From Cyanophora paradoxa CCMP329 (taxonomy: Eukaryota; Plantae; Glaucophyta), in assembly GCA_004431415.1 (NCBI GenBank), contig QPMI01000626.1:256905-320904 (forward strand): a stretch of DNA of 64,000 nucleotides, written 5' to 3'. How positions within the stretch are numbered: position 1 is the stretch's first letter; every line of letters starts with the position of its first letter. The notes under the pieces were generated by a model. The model did no database searches. It was not told the origin of the DNA and saw only the letters and a list, made by a program, of their open reading frames with translations. The position numbers and the translations under genes were made by a program. Below are positions 1-11,438 of this stretch, piece after piece.

Positions 1-580
1 TCAACTTTTGAGAATATGGTCTGGAGATATGAGTCTTCTCCGCCTTTTTAGCGCCTTTGCAGGGCGTGCGATACGTTCTTTGTGCAGCGAGACGTACGAA
101 CAGAACTTTGTATGAGAGCCAGGAACTTGGAATCAATTAACGGCTTGCGCCGAAAATCACGTCGCACCCCGGCCCGGCTCTTTCCCCCCTCCTGATTTTG
201 ACCGGGCCTCGCTCCTGGGCCTCCCGGCCGCGCTGCGGGCGCGCGCGCCCGCTCGCGCAGCTCCCAACGCTCTCAGATGCGCTTCCCTCGGCCTTGTGCA
301 GCTGCGCGCTCGGCCGCGGCGCTTCGCGCGCTCCTGTCAACCCGCTCTCCAAACGTTACCAATGCAAATCGGAGCCTTCGAGGCGCGAGTCCCTACACTG
401 GCCAGTTCCTACGAGGCGACTCGTGAGCCGTACGCGCTATAAAGCCCCAGATCTTTGCGCGAATTGCCCGCTTCGCTACACTTACAGCTTTCAGTCTAAC
501 GCAGCCCCTCAAAAAGCAGCAGCAGCCGCTCGCCCAGCAGTCCCCTCGGCGGCATCAGCGGTGGCACGACAGCAGCAGGC

Positions 581-2078
581 ATGGAGGTCTCCCGCATAGC
601 TGCGCTGACGGCGCGCTTCGTCAGCTCTTTCATCCTCCCCGGCGCCGCGGGGCCGGTCCGCAGCGCCTGGAGCTACGGTGAGGCTCGCGCGCTCCCTGCG
701 GTCAGTGCTTGATGCTGACGCGGACCGCGGCACCGCGCAGGGGAGATCTGGACGCCCGACCACACGACCCGGGAGGACGCGGCGCAGCCGGAGCTGATCT
801 GCAGGGCGATTGCCTGCCGGAAGGACGCGCACGGCGAGCGAGAGGTCACGTCGCTGGCGACGCTGGCGGCGATGCTCTCCGGATCCGCGTCGTCGGAGCG
901 GCTGGAGGCGATGGATGCTTTCAAGGACTCGGCCGCCGCGCTCCGCATCCCCTCCGGCTCGTGCCTAGTCGGCAACGCGTACGCGCAGAGGTGATTGATT
1001 CCGCGCGCTCCGGCGGCCCGCCGCCGTCGGGGGGGGCTTCCCCCCGCAAGTTCCCCTCCAACCTGTCAACGGCCCTAACTGGTCTCGCCGCCCGCAGGAG
1101 CCCGCAGCACCTCGAGGACATCTCAGCGGCGCAGGAAACCGAGCTCCTTCGGCGCGACGCCGCGCTCCGAGCAGGTTTCACGTCGGGTCCGGCCATTTCA
1201 AATTTTTCAATGAGTCACCGGGGCTGACCCCAAGGTCGCGCAGCCGTCGCCTTTCCCGTCTTCCGCAAGATCGATTCCGGCCCGTCCCAAGTCAGCGCCG
1301 TCGTCATCCTCTTCAGCCCGCGCCGGGCCGGCGTCTGCCCGGCGGCCCACACCGCTCTGTCGCGGCTTCACGTGAAGTGCGAGTCGTCGCCCGCCGACGG
1401 CGCGTTCTTCATTCCGCCGGTGCGCTCCGCTCGCACGCTTTTGAATTTTGGAATTTTCGAATCCGCCGCGGCTCACGAGCGGGCGCGGCCGGCCGCAGGA
1501 CGTCACGCTCTCGTTCCTCCCCCCCAACGTGCGCCGCGCCCAAATCGCCGCCGCTTTGCATCTCACATCTCACATCTGATCGACATCTGACCGCCGCCGC
1601 CGCCGCCGCGCAGCACAAGAAATCGTCCCGCGCCGCGAGCCCGACGACGGCGACTGCGCCGAAAGGATCCGTGGCCGGAGCCGCCCCCGCCCTCTCCGTC
1701 AACGTGGCGCTCGCTTCCTGCTCCGTCCCTTCCTCGCCGCCCGCCTCTAGCCGCCCCGCCTCGCCCGGCCCCGTGACTCCAACGCCGCTCTGCACGTCGG
1801 CCAAGCCGCTGATCCCCTCCATCCCGACCTCTGCCTTCTTCCTCCCGCCGCCGCCGGTGGCGGCGGCGTCGGCTTCCATGCGCCCCGCCAAACGCCCCGC
1901 GCCCGCGTCCGACGCCGACGGCGCCTCCTCCGACCCCGCCGGCAAGCGCGCCCGGGAGATGCGGTCGCCCACGCCGCCGCCGCCGCCGGCTCACAACTCG
2001 GAGGTGGCCGAGGTCAATTCCAAGCTGGAGAACCTGGCCGGAGCCGCCCTCCTGCTCTCCATGCGCCACAACTCTTGA
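581..2078 (+). CDS. Spliced GAF-domain protein with low-complexity Pro/Ser/Ala C-terminus (about 5 exons)
   Basis: ATG at 581. Joining exons at GT-AG sites gives AWSYGEIWTPD...FKDSAAALRIPSGSCLVGNAYAQRSPQHLEDISAAQETELLRRDAALRAG..AVAFPVF...VSAVVILFS, which follows the GAF consensus. The last exon is the 3' part of ORF 1377..2078. The final junction phase is uncertain because of a poly-C run. Confidence 0.7.
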
Positions 2079-3367
2079 TTTCGATATTGATTCGAGCCGT
2101 AGTTGATTTCGTAGACAGCTGCAGGTAGCATACCCGATCTTGCGTTCCGGATCTCAGCCCATACCTGCCCGTTTCTCTCTCCACCACTTTACTATATACG
2201 GTCGAGATGTGTTTTGCTTGTCTTGGCTTTTGGATCTTCTGGATTTGTTTGCAGATAGCTAGATCTAGCCTCTTCGACCTCGAGCCTGCCAGGGGATAGC
2301 GATACGCCGCATTTTTGTCCCTTAGACGTCCGATGCGCGGCCGTCCTCGCGACGTGTTCCCTCTGCAGCGATAGAGCTTCGATTCCGTGTGCCTTCGATC
2401 CGTATCCTTTCGATTTCCGTCGAGGGAGCGCGTAAGAGTTTGTTAATTTGTTTCGGCCTTCGTAGCTTGGAGCACGCGCGCTTTGTAGGGTTAGGTCTCT
2501 TGTTTATGCATGTGAGGTGTCCATGCAGCTTGCAAAATGATTCGATCTCCCAAGATCATTATATCTCCCCATGTTAGTTTTAAGCTTGTGCCCTGGCATT
2601 GTTGAACTTCGGAACGGATTTTCGGGGCGCCCTTTGTATAGCTCTCGAGTCTCGTGATTGGTGACCCTTTAATTTCCTCTTCGCCGCCTGCAGTCGCCGG
2701 CAGCGAAAGTACTAATTATAAGCTTTCTCACAGTCTCTGTAGACATTCTACTTAACAAAAAAAATACATATTAGGTGTAACCTTGTAAAGTTGCTCTGTA
2801 CACAGTTCGGGGCGGGATTAGTTGTCCGCCGCGTGACTTCGCGCTTTTCTGTTTTCTTCAATTCTTAGAGATCAGCCGCTGAGCCCGCTTAAGTGTAGCC
2901 AACACGCCAGGAATTTCGCTAGCTGCTTCCTCGGCGTGTGCAGTGAGTCAGCGCCAGTGCAAAAGACACTCAGCCCCGGATTCGGACAAGTGAGCTTAGG
3001 ACCGGAGCATGCGAAGTGCATACTTGATAGCAAGCATTCTGTAGAACGATTGATTTTCCGATATCGATCATGATTAGGTTATCGGTAGGTCTTCCAGCAG
3101 ACACGCCTGATCCGGATCCGGACTCCAGCTTTATTGGACTCGAGTAGCTATATTCGTTGGTATGCCGCGGTGCATATGCATGTGCCGCCGCAGTCACAGT
3201 TTGCGTGATCGTGGTTCTGACTGACGTACATGTCTGAGTTGAACGTGACGCAATATAAGCACAGCGCTAGCTATAGGACTTCTTCCCTCGGCGCCGGCGG
3301 CGCCGGCTCTCCTTAAAGCAGATACTTAAAGGCCAAATTTACTCCGAACTCTTCGCGTCCGCCTTCG

Positions 3368-6300
3368 CTACCCTTCGCCGAGCCACTGCTGCCGGAGGGG
3401 CGCCGGCGCGGCCACAGGGAACGAGACCCCCCGCCTCAAAGAGGACGACGAGGGCGCCGACGGGGCGGAGGCGGAGGCGGAGGCGGAGGTTCCCGGCGCC
3501 GGTGGCCGCTCCCGCCGGAAGGAGGAGGAGGAGGAGGAAGGGGGGAGCGGGGTGGCGAGGGCGCTGGTCGAGGCGGAGGTGGAGAGGGAGGCGTAGGGGC
3601 CCCTCCCGGGCTGCTGCTGCTGCTGCTGCTGCGGCCGGCCCAGAGGGGACGGGAGGCCCCGCCGCCCGACGCTGTCGCCCCCGCCTCCGCCTCCGCCTCC
3701 GCTGCTGGTGCCCGGCCTCGCGAGGAATCCCTGCAGGCAGGATATCAAATCTTCCAAAGGACATCATAGCATAGCATAGCATAGCAGAGGGAGAGGCGGC
3801 GGGCACCAGCTCGCCGGCGGTGCCCGGCCTGGCGCCGGCGCCGGCCCCGGCGGAGGCTCCAAGGAGGCCGGAGGAGGGCGGGCGCCCGTCCGGCGAGCTG
3901 CCGCGCCGCGCCCGCTGCTCCGCCTGCGAGGGAGAGTGAGAACGAAGTGAATAAAGGGAAAACCAGCGAGTTTTTAGAGTCGCTGAAAGTCTGTACAGTT
4001 TTCTAAAGGAACTTCTTAAACGCGCCGGGGGGGGGGGGGGGGGGGGGGGTAAAGGGGGAGGGCTGGCTGCAGCCAACGACCGACGCGGCCGACGGTTCGC
4101 TTCCTCCTCAAGCGGGCGGCTCTAGTGCGTCCTTAGGACGTCTCTAAGCTCTAGACGGTTCGCTCAAGAACGTCCTCAAGGAGGCGGCTCTGGTGCGACA
4201 CGGCCGACCTGGAGGATGGCTCTAGTGCCCGTCTAAGCCGCCCCGGCGGCTCTAGTGCGGGGGCGGGCGGGCGGGTGGCCCTAGTCCTTCCTCCAGGCCC
4301 GCTCCGTCGCACTAGGGGGCGTGCCTGGGGGGGGGGGGGGGGGGGGCGGACTTTCGTTAATCTCTAGGGGTTTCTTAAGGACTTCGTTAAGGCGTGGTTT
4401 AACAATCTCTAGGGGTTTCTAGCCAAGCCAACAACAACAACGTGCGACGCCGACCTGGAGGAAGGACTCGGCGTAGGCCTTGAAGGAGCGCCAGACCGGC
4501 TCGTAGATCTTCAGCAGGAACCCCGCGTTGATCTGGGGGGGATCAGGGCGGGGCGGAGCGGGGCGGGGGGCCCTGGGTTCGAGGAGGGGGCCCGGGGGCC
4601 TGGAGGAGGAGGAGGAGGAGGAGGAGGAAAAAGCCTAAGAGAGGAGGCACGCGCTCGCTTGCCTCGACGAATCGCTCGGGGCTGAAGCGCTCCTCGCCGC
4701 CCTGCAGCGAGATCGACCCGCCCGTCGCCCCGTCCACGCTGCGGGGGCGGGGGAAGGGGAGGGTAAGTCGGGGCGGGGCGGAGCGGTTAGACAGAGCCGG
4801 GGTAGGGGGCTCGAGAGCCGGGCTCAAGATTCGAGCTGATGGAAGCTTAAGCCAAGAAGCTAAAAAGCTAGACAAAGAACCCAGCTCGTCCAACCCAATC
4901 CAATCCGCTGCGAGCGCGCCTGCATATGTGGAGGAACTCGACCTCGTCGGCGTGCACGGCGTGCATCCACCGCTGCCCGTACCCCGCCAGCCGCTCCGCC
5001 ACCTGCCCGCCGCCGGAGGGGGGTCAGCAGTCGACGGGCCGGGGGCGGGAGGGGCGGGAGCGGGGCGGAGGTCTTTCTTATCGATATCAGTTGGCCGGAC
5101 GCGAACGCTTCTTAACTGCTTCGTCTAGGCTAACAAGTGGTGGGGGCTAGTGGTGGGGAAGAGGGGGGAGGGAGGGGGGGGGGGGGGGTCTAGACTTCTT
5201 TTAGGACTTTATCCTGAGGTCTAGACTAGACTAAAGCAGTGGACGGGGGTCTGTAGCGCAGGGGGCGGGGGCGGGGCGGGGGCAGGGGCGGGGGTCCTGG
5301 CTCGCCTTGTAGCGGGCGGGGCGGGCGGGGGCGCTTCTAACTCCTTCTTTTTCTAGAATAACAAGGCCTTCTGTTGGGCCTTTCTTATTACTACTATTTG
5401 GGGCGGGGGCCCTTGGGCTCGCGCGCCTTGTAGCGGGTGGCTGTATACAGGTCGAAGGAGCGGCCGACGGCGCAGAAGAGGCCGCGGTCCGCGTGCGGCG
5501 CCGCCTTCGGCTTCACGTACCTGTACCCGGGCGGGGGGGGGGGGTTGTCAGAGGGGGGAGACTCGGGGGGCTTGTCTAGTACGAAGCCTGCAAGCAAAAG
5601 AAGGCCTCCGAGCGGGCGAGCGGGCGGGCGAGCGGGCTTTTAGGCTTTTCAAGCTTCTAATGTTTTAAGGTTTTAATCTTTTAACGGGAGGCCTTAGAAG
5701 CCAAGGGGGCTTTCAACACAATAAAGTGATAACGTAAAGAAGAAGGTCGGATGTGCGCACACGACGTCCCGGAAAAGGCGGCGGAGGAGGCAGAGGACGC
5801 CGGCGGGCCACACGCGGGGGCCCACGTCCAGCAGCAGCACCAGCGAGCCCCCGTCCTGGGGAGGGGGCGGGTCAGAAGGGGAGGGGGGGGGGTCAGAAGG
5901 GGGGCGGGAGGACGGCTTCGGAAGAGTTCATCAGGGGGCGGGGCCCGGGCTCGCCTTGAGGTTGCGGAGGGCGGCGACGGTCTGGGCGATGAGGAGGCTC
6001 CGCTTCAGCCGCACGCTGTGCACGTGGTACGTCTGCCCGCGGCGCCCGTCAGGGCGAGGTGGGGACAGATCGAGGGAGCTCCCGCGGGGGCGCGCCGGTC
6101 GACGGCGTCCAGAAGCTAGTTAGATAGCTAGCTAGCTAGAAGCTAGAGGCGAGAAGCTAGGGCCTCGGCCAGCCAGAGGTCGAGAGAGCTCCCGCGAGAG
6201 AAGTTAAGCTAGCGCTAGAGGCGAGAAGAAGCTAGGCCTAGCTAGCCCAGGCCGCGAACAAGCGAAGGGAGGAGAGGAGAGGGGGGGACGGACGGCGAAC

Positions 6301-7913
6301 GCGGTGACGAGGTCGACGACGTTGGTGAGGCGCGTGGATCGGTCCTTCTGGAAGAGGAGCGCCAGCGGGTCCTTCGCCGCCTCCTCGTGCCGTACCTAGA
6401 AGGGAGGGGGGGGGGGGGGGGGGCGGGAGGGGGGGGAGAGAGAGAGAGAGAGGTCAGCCGCGTCCTGGCTAGCTAACTACTACTTGGTCCGAGTGAGGGC
6501 GGGAGGGGGGGGGGGGGGGGGGCGGGAGGGCGGGGGCTACGGGCGGGCCTGGAAGTGGTGCGGGATGCCGTTGTTCAGGTGCACCTGCGCCCCCCGGCTT
6601 GATTTCGGGGGAGGGGGGTACTGCTTATTTGAGGGAGGGGGGTACGCGGACCTCCTTCATGAACTGGAAGTGCCACTGCTGGTTGAATCGCAGCTCCCAG
6701 CCCTTCTCCAGGCAGACCCCCACGCCCTTCACGTAGTTCTGGGGGGGAGGGGTACGGCTGCCGTCAGGAGGGGGGGAAGTCGGCTTGGGGTACGCGGCGC
6801 GGCTCGCCTGGGCCCGCGAGAGGATGTAGCTCGCGCATCCGCCGGGTAGGCAGTTGATGTCTGGCGGGGGGTACGGATCACTGGAACGGAAACGAAGGAA
6901 CGCGGCTGCACGGGGGGTACCGTAGAACTGGCACACGGCGCCGGGGACGTGAAATAATCGCCGCAGGCCTCGTCCACCTCCTTCATTCTGCGGGGGTACG
7001 CGGTCGGCGCGGAGGGGCTGAGCCGGGTGCGCGCGAGATGATGCGCTAAAGCAGCGATCGAGTTTGTGTAGTTCTAGCCAAGCCGACGGCTCGACGGCTC
7101 GCTGCCCGCGGGAGGGGGGAGGAGAAGCGGGAGGGGGTACGCACATCTGCCCGAAGCGGCCGAGGGAGGACCCGCCGACCTTTCCCCCCCGGAACTTGGC
7201 CTCGATCTCCTGGCTGTACGAGCTCCTCGCGAGCCGCTCCCGCACCGCGAAGAGCTCCCTGGGGGGTACGCGGTATTAGCTCGGGGGTACGGGCGGGGTC
7301 GGCGACGACGAAGAGGGGGTACCGGTAGTGGAGGTTCCGGCGGAGGAAGTGTAGGTGGAAGATTTTCTTGGGACCTGGGCAGGGGGGGGGGGGGGATGTT
7401 AGACTGGCGGGGCCTCCGGGGGGAAGAGGCGGGGGGTACGGCCCGCGCACTCCAGAAAAAGGACTCGCGGTCCTCCTCGGGTACGTAATTCGGATCCTCG
7501 TCCAGGATGAGCGAGCCGGCTGTCGTACCCCGGGAGCGGGGCCGGGCGAGGGCGCTGGCGCTGCGGCTGGCGGGGCGGGACCCGGCGCCGCCGCCGGCGG
7601 CGGGCAGACCCGAGGCGGTGGCAGGCCGCGGGCGCTCGACCTCTCCGCCGAAGGGGAGGTACGCCCCGCGCCCCGCGACGACCGCCGGCTTGCCCACGCC
7701 CTCGGCCACGCTCATGCGCGGGCCGCGGAGCCGGACGGCGGGAGAGCTGTTCGGGCGGTTGCTCCCGAGCATAGACGGCGTGCGCCGCAGCGCCGGCGTT
7801 GACGCGGAGCTCAGCGGGCGGAGCGGCGGGACCTCGGGGTGCTGGTGGCTCTGCGCCGGGCTCGGCGGAGATGCCCCTGTTGGGCTCCCGGCTGCCGTTG
7901 GAGACTCCGCCAT
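3368..7913 (-). CDS. Divergent FtsJ/RrmJ-like SAM-dependent methyltransferase-fold protein, copy 1 (16 exons)
   Basis: Spliced product: MAESP...GQIMKEVDEACGDYFT...FYDINCLPGGCASYILSRAQNYVKGVGVCLEKG...VDLVTAF...LLIAQTVAALRNLKDGGSLVLLLD...LLRRLFRDVVYVKPKAAPHADRGLFCAVGRSF...WLGEG*. A G-run near 6943-6946 is one base shorter than in copies 2 and 3 (frameshift or sequencing error). Confidence 0.75.
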
Positions 7914-8782
7914 TGCTGCCGCTGTCTGATGGCCGCCGGGAAGAGGAGGAGCGCGCGCCGGACTTGGCCGGGGCGGCGGCTCGACGGCAGAGTCCCGCCT
8001 GCAGCGCGCGCTTAGCTAACGCATCCAGAGCAACCAAAGGCAGATACAGAGAGCAGAGCCGCACCGCTCAGGGCCCGGCGCGAGAGGATGCGGATGGGCG
8101 GTTTTAGGTCAGTTCGCCGCCGCGACTGAAGCAGCCGCCAGGGAGCTGCTGAATGGCGCTAAGACCTGCTACCAAGGCTCTCAGAAGCTTGGCGAAGCTT
8201 GGAGAAGCTTTGCGGGCTTGCTGCGCTCGTTGCTAGTGATTGTACCTCTTCGTGGAGCAGCCTGGCTGCAGGTGGCTGCTGCAGCCGCTTGAAAGCCCGC
8301 CGCTTGATGCATATGGGACAGCAACGCTGGCTCATCATGGTATGATCAGAGCTAGCGCTCAAGCTTGGAGATGCGGGCTTGTTGGACATGGGCTCGTTTT
8401 ATTGTGTTGTCGTGAGCGGATACTTTGTGAGCTCAAATGGTCGAGCGCTGGCGCTTCCGCGGAGCCCAAGCTGCGCACCCGCGGCCGCATTCGTCAGCGG
8501 CATAATTCGAAGCAAGGATCGCGCGTATACGCAGACGCACACAGACGCACACGCACACGGTGCGGGGTGCGGGCTTCGCGCTGAAGTACTAGTGCGCGAT
8601 GCCCAGGTGCAGCGACCGTCGGTAACGCCGCCGATCGACTGCTGAACACGAGCCCACTGCTGCGACGGCATGAGACAAACGCCTCTGAGCTGCATAGGGC
8701 GCGCCGCAGTAGAGCTGCAGTTCTGCTGGGCATTCCTGTACCCCGGATTTTCGGAAGTCGCATCGCGGTCCGGTTGTTCAGC

Positions 8783-10532
8783 ATGTCGACGTCGATTGCT
8801 TTCGCGGCGCCTTCGGCGCTTGCATCACCAGCGCTAACGGTTCAGCCGTCGCCGCTCCTGGCCTCGGGCTCAAGCACTCTCCTCATGATCAGCAGCCGCG
8901 CACTTCGCCCGCGCGCAATCTCCTCAGCATCCGCGCCCATCGACCGCCTGCGGACCACTGACATGTCGGCATTCCATCCATCGCACACATCTCTAAGCGC
9001 CGGAGGCCGGCATTCCTTCCCTCGATATCGCCCGGATATGCGTGCACAGCTCGGGCATCGCAATTGCAATTGGCAGCTGCAGCTGCAGACCGCACGTGCA
9101 CGCGCAGCTGATCATGATTTTCACGTGCGCGCAATGGTAGATCGTGATCAAGATCTAGAGCTCGAGGCGGCAAAAAAACCAAAGCAGCTGGCCATGGCCG
9201 CGCGCGGCCGCGGCCGCGGCCGCGGTCGACGTCGCCGCGCCGCAGCGGCAGATCCAGATCTAGAGCAGCTACAACCGGTTCCAATCGCAAAGCAGCTGCA
9301 GCAGATCGCTAGTCCGCAGATTATGCTCAGCGCGACGTCGGTCATCGTTGCCATCGGCGCGGCCGCTGTCGTCACAGCAGCTCCGAGCGTCGCGCCAGGG
9401 GGCATGTTTGCCATCTCCGCAGTTGTTGTGATTTCGTCAGCGGTTTTCGGTTACAACATCGGAATCAAGGTCGACGCCCCGGGGGGCCGGGCCGGGGCGC
9501 CCCGCCCGCGGCCCCATGCACGTGCACGTGTGTGCGCATGCCGTAAGCATCACTGATCATGAAGGCGCGTGCACATGCGTATGCAGGATCTTGAGACGGC
9601 GAAAGAACTGTCGAAGAAGGAAGTTAAAGCGGTCAGCAACTGATATCTGTCGAAGTTCGGCGCGCGTCCCGGTGGTGTCGCTTTATCTGACGCAGCATGC
9701 GCAGGCGGAAAAAACGGCGGAGAAGGAGGTCAAAGCGGTTCGTCAGCTTACTTAGTTGAACTGCCCGACGCCGCGGTAGCTGTCCTGACGCAAACAGAAG
9801 GCGGAAAAGGCAGCGCAGATGCGGATTGACGCGGTTCGCATGCTGTGTTTAGTTGAATTGCCTGACGCCGGCGCCACGGTAGCTATATAGCTGTCCTGAC
9901 GCAAACAGACAGGTGGAGACGGAAGCGCGGCTGCGGGTCGATGCGGTTCGCATGCTGTGTTTAGTTGAATTGCCCGACACCGCGATAGCTGTCCTGACGC
10001 AAACAGAAGGCGGAAAAGGCAGCGCAGATGCGGATCGACGTGGTTCGCATGCTGTGTTTAGTTGAATTGCCTGACGCCGGAGCCACGGTAGCTGTCCTGA
10101 CGCAAACAGACAGGTGGAGACGGCAGCGCAGCTGCGGGTCGATGCGGTTCGCATGCGCATGCTGTGCTGCAGCCGATGATCATGAGCCCATGTGACGCGT
10201 TGCCTTACAGGCAAACGCACTTGCCACGGAGAAGGATCGCGAGGTTTGTTGCATGTAGATCTGCCGGCGCCGCAATGCTGCTGCAGCTGCTGTATATGCA
10301 CAGATGGCTCGTACTCATCATATGCATAATCCTGGTCCTGTGGCTGCGGCAGGCCACGAATCAGCGGAACAAGGCTGAGCAGTTACTGGTCCGTTCTCGA
10401 CAGAGGAACAGCTTCATTCACAGCTCAGCTCACGTGTGCGCGCAGAGTGAGAAACTTCACCTCGTGGCTGAGAACGCTGGGCTGCCCAAGCCGCGAACGT
10501 CTCGGAAGTTTTCGGAGGAGGACGAAGCCTGA
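8783..10532 (+). CDS. Putative plastid-targeted membrane protein with hendecad coiled-coil tail, copy A
   Basis: N-terminus MSTSIAFAAPSALAS resembles a transit peptide and is followed by two hydrophobic segments. Then come phase-0 exons at 9587-9631, 9705-9737, 9801-9833, 9913-9945, 10010-10042, 10114-10146, 10211-10243, 10353-10388 and 10446-10532, with AG/GT borders and CTGAC branch motifs in most introns. Confidence 0.7.
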
Positions 10533-11015
10533 TCATGATCATGAGCTCAAGGTGCCGCAGCACAGTCCGTGTGAGCTTACTTCTGTTTGTTTCTTTTGAG
10601 CTCCGGATCCAAGCCATCATGGCACATATATAATGATTGCAAATTGAACTGATCACGTTTTCTCAGCAATGACGCTCGCGAGTCGGGATCCGGAGGTGTC
10701 AACCGGAGCATGCGGCCGCGGGGGGCCTAAACTACGAAACTTCATCGGGCCTGATCATGATCATTCCGCCGGGCTGGTTCCGATAGGCCCGACTTGACGA
10801 TCGTGTCCGGTTTGATTGATTAATTATGTACCTCACAAATTAGGTGCCCTAGCTCGCCCTCTCGGCCCGTGGCCGACCATGGCCGGGCCACCCCTAGCTA
10901 GTTTAGGCGCATGCCTCATAATCACTGGGTCAGGACTGGAGCATGCGCACTGCACGCACATACTTGATAGCTATAGCAAGCATTCTGTAGATCGAGTATT
11001 AAAAAGTTATAATTA

Positions 11016-11139
11016 CGCCTTCAAATCCCGCCCGTTCCACATAATTCCGATCGATCATGCCCCACCTTGCCTGTACACGCCCCCACAGTGCTGGAGTAGA
11101 CTAGAGGCTGTGGCCGGTAATTCACCAAAAAAAAAAAAA
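11016..11139 (+). mobile_element. Short poly(A)-tailed retroposon insert (SINE or 5'-truncated LINE)
   Basis: A13 tail at 11127-11139 and a 9-bp target-site duplication TTATAATTA (11007-11015 and 11140-11148). It is absent from the paralogous site near 18537. Confidence 0.85.
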
Positions 11140-11438
11140 TTATAATTAATATTAATGATGATATTTCGATCGGAATATCATGATCAGTAGACGCGAATGG
11201 ATCCAGATATCGATTCATGATTGTTTCATTGGACACGAGTACTTTGAATGCTGCGGCGCATATGCATGTACCACCGCAGTCACAGATTGCGTAATCGTGG
11301 TTTTGACTGATGTACATGTCCGAGTTGAACGTGACGCAATATAACACATCGCTAGGACGTCGGCTCCTCTCGCACAGGCCTAAGCTAACGGGCAACGTTG
11401 ACATATGCATTTATTACGAATCCCCCGCCCCGCCTTCG

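Noticed and set aside
9760-10155. Repeat-spacer-like array
   Set aside because: Explained by tandem exon+intron units with splice signals.
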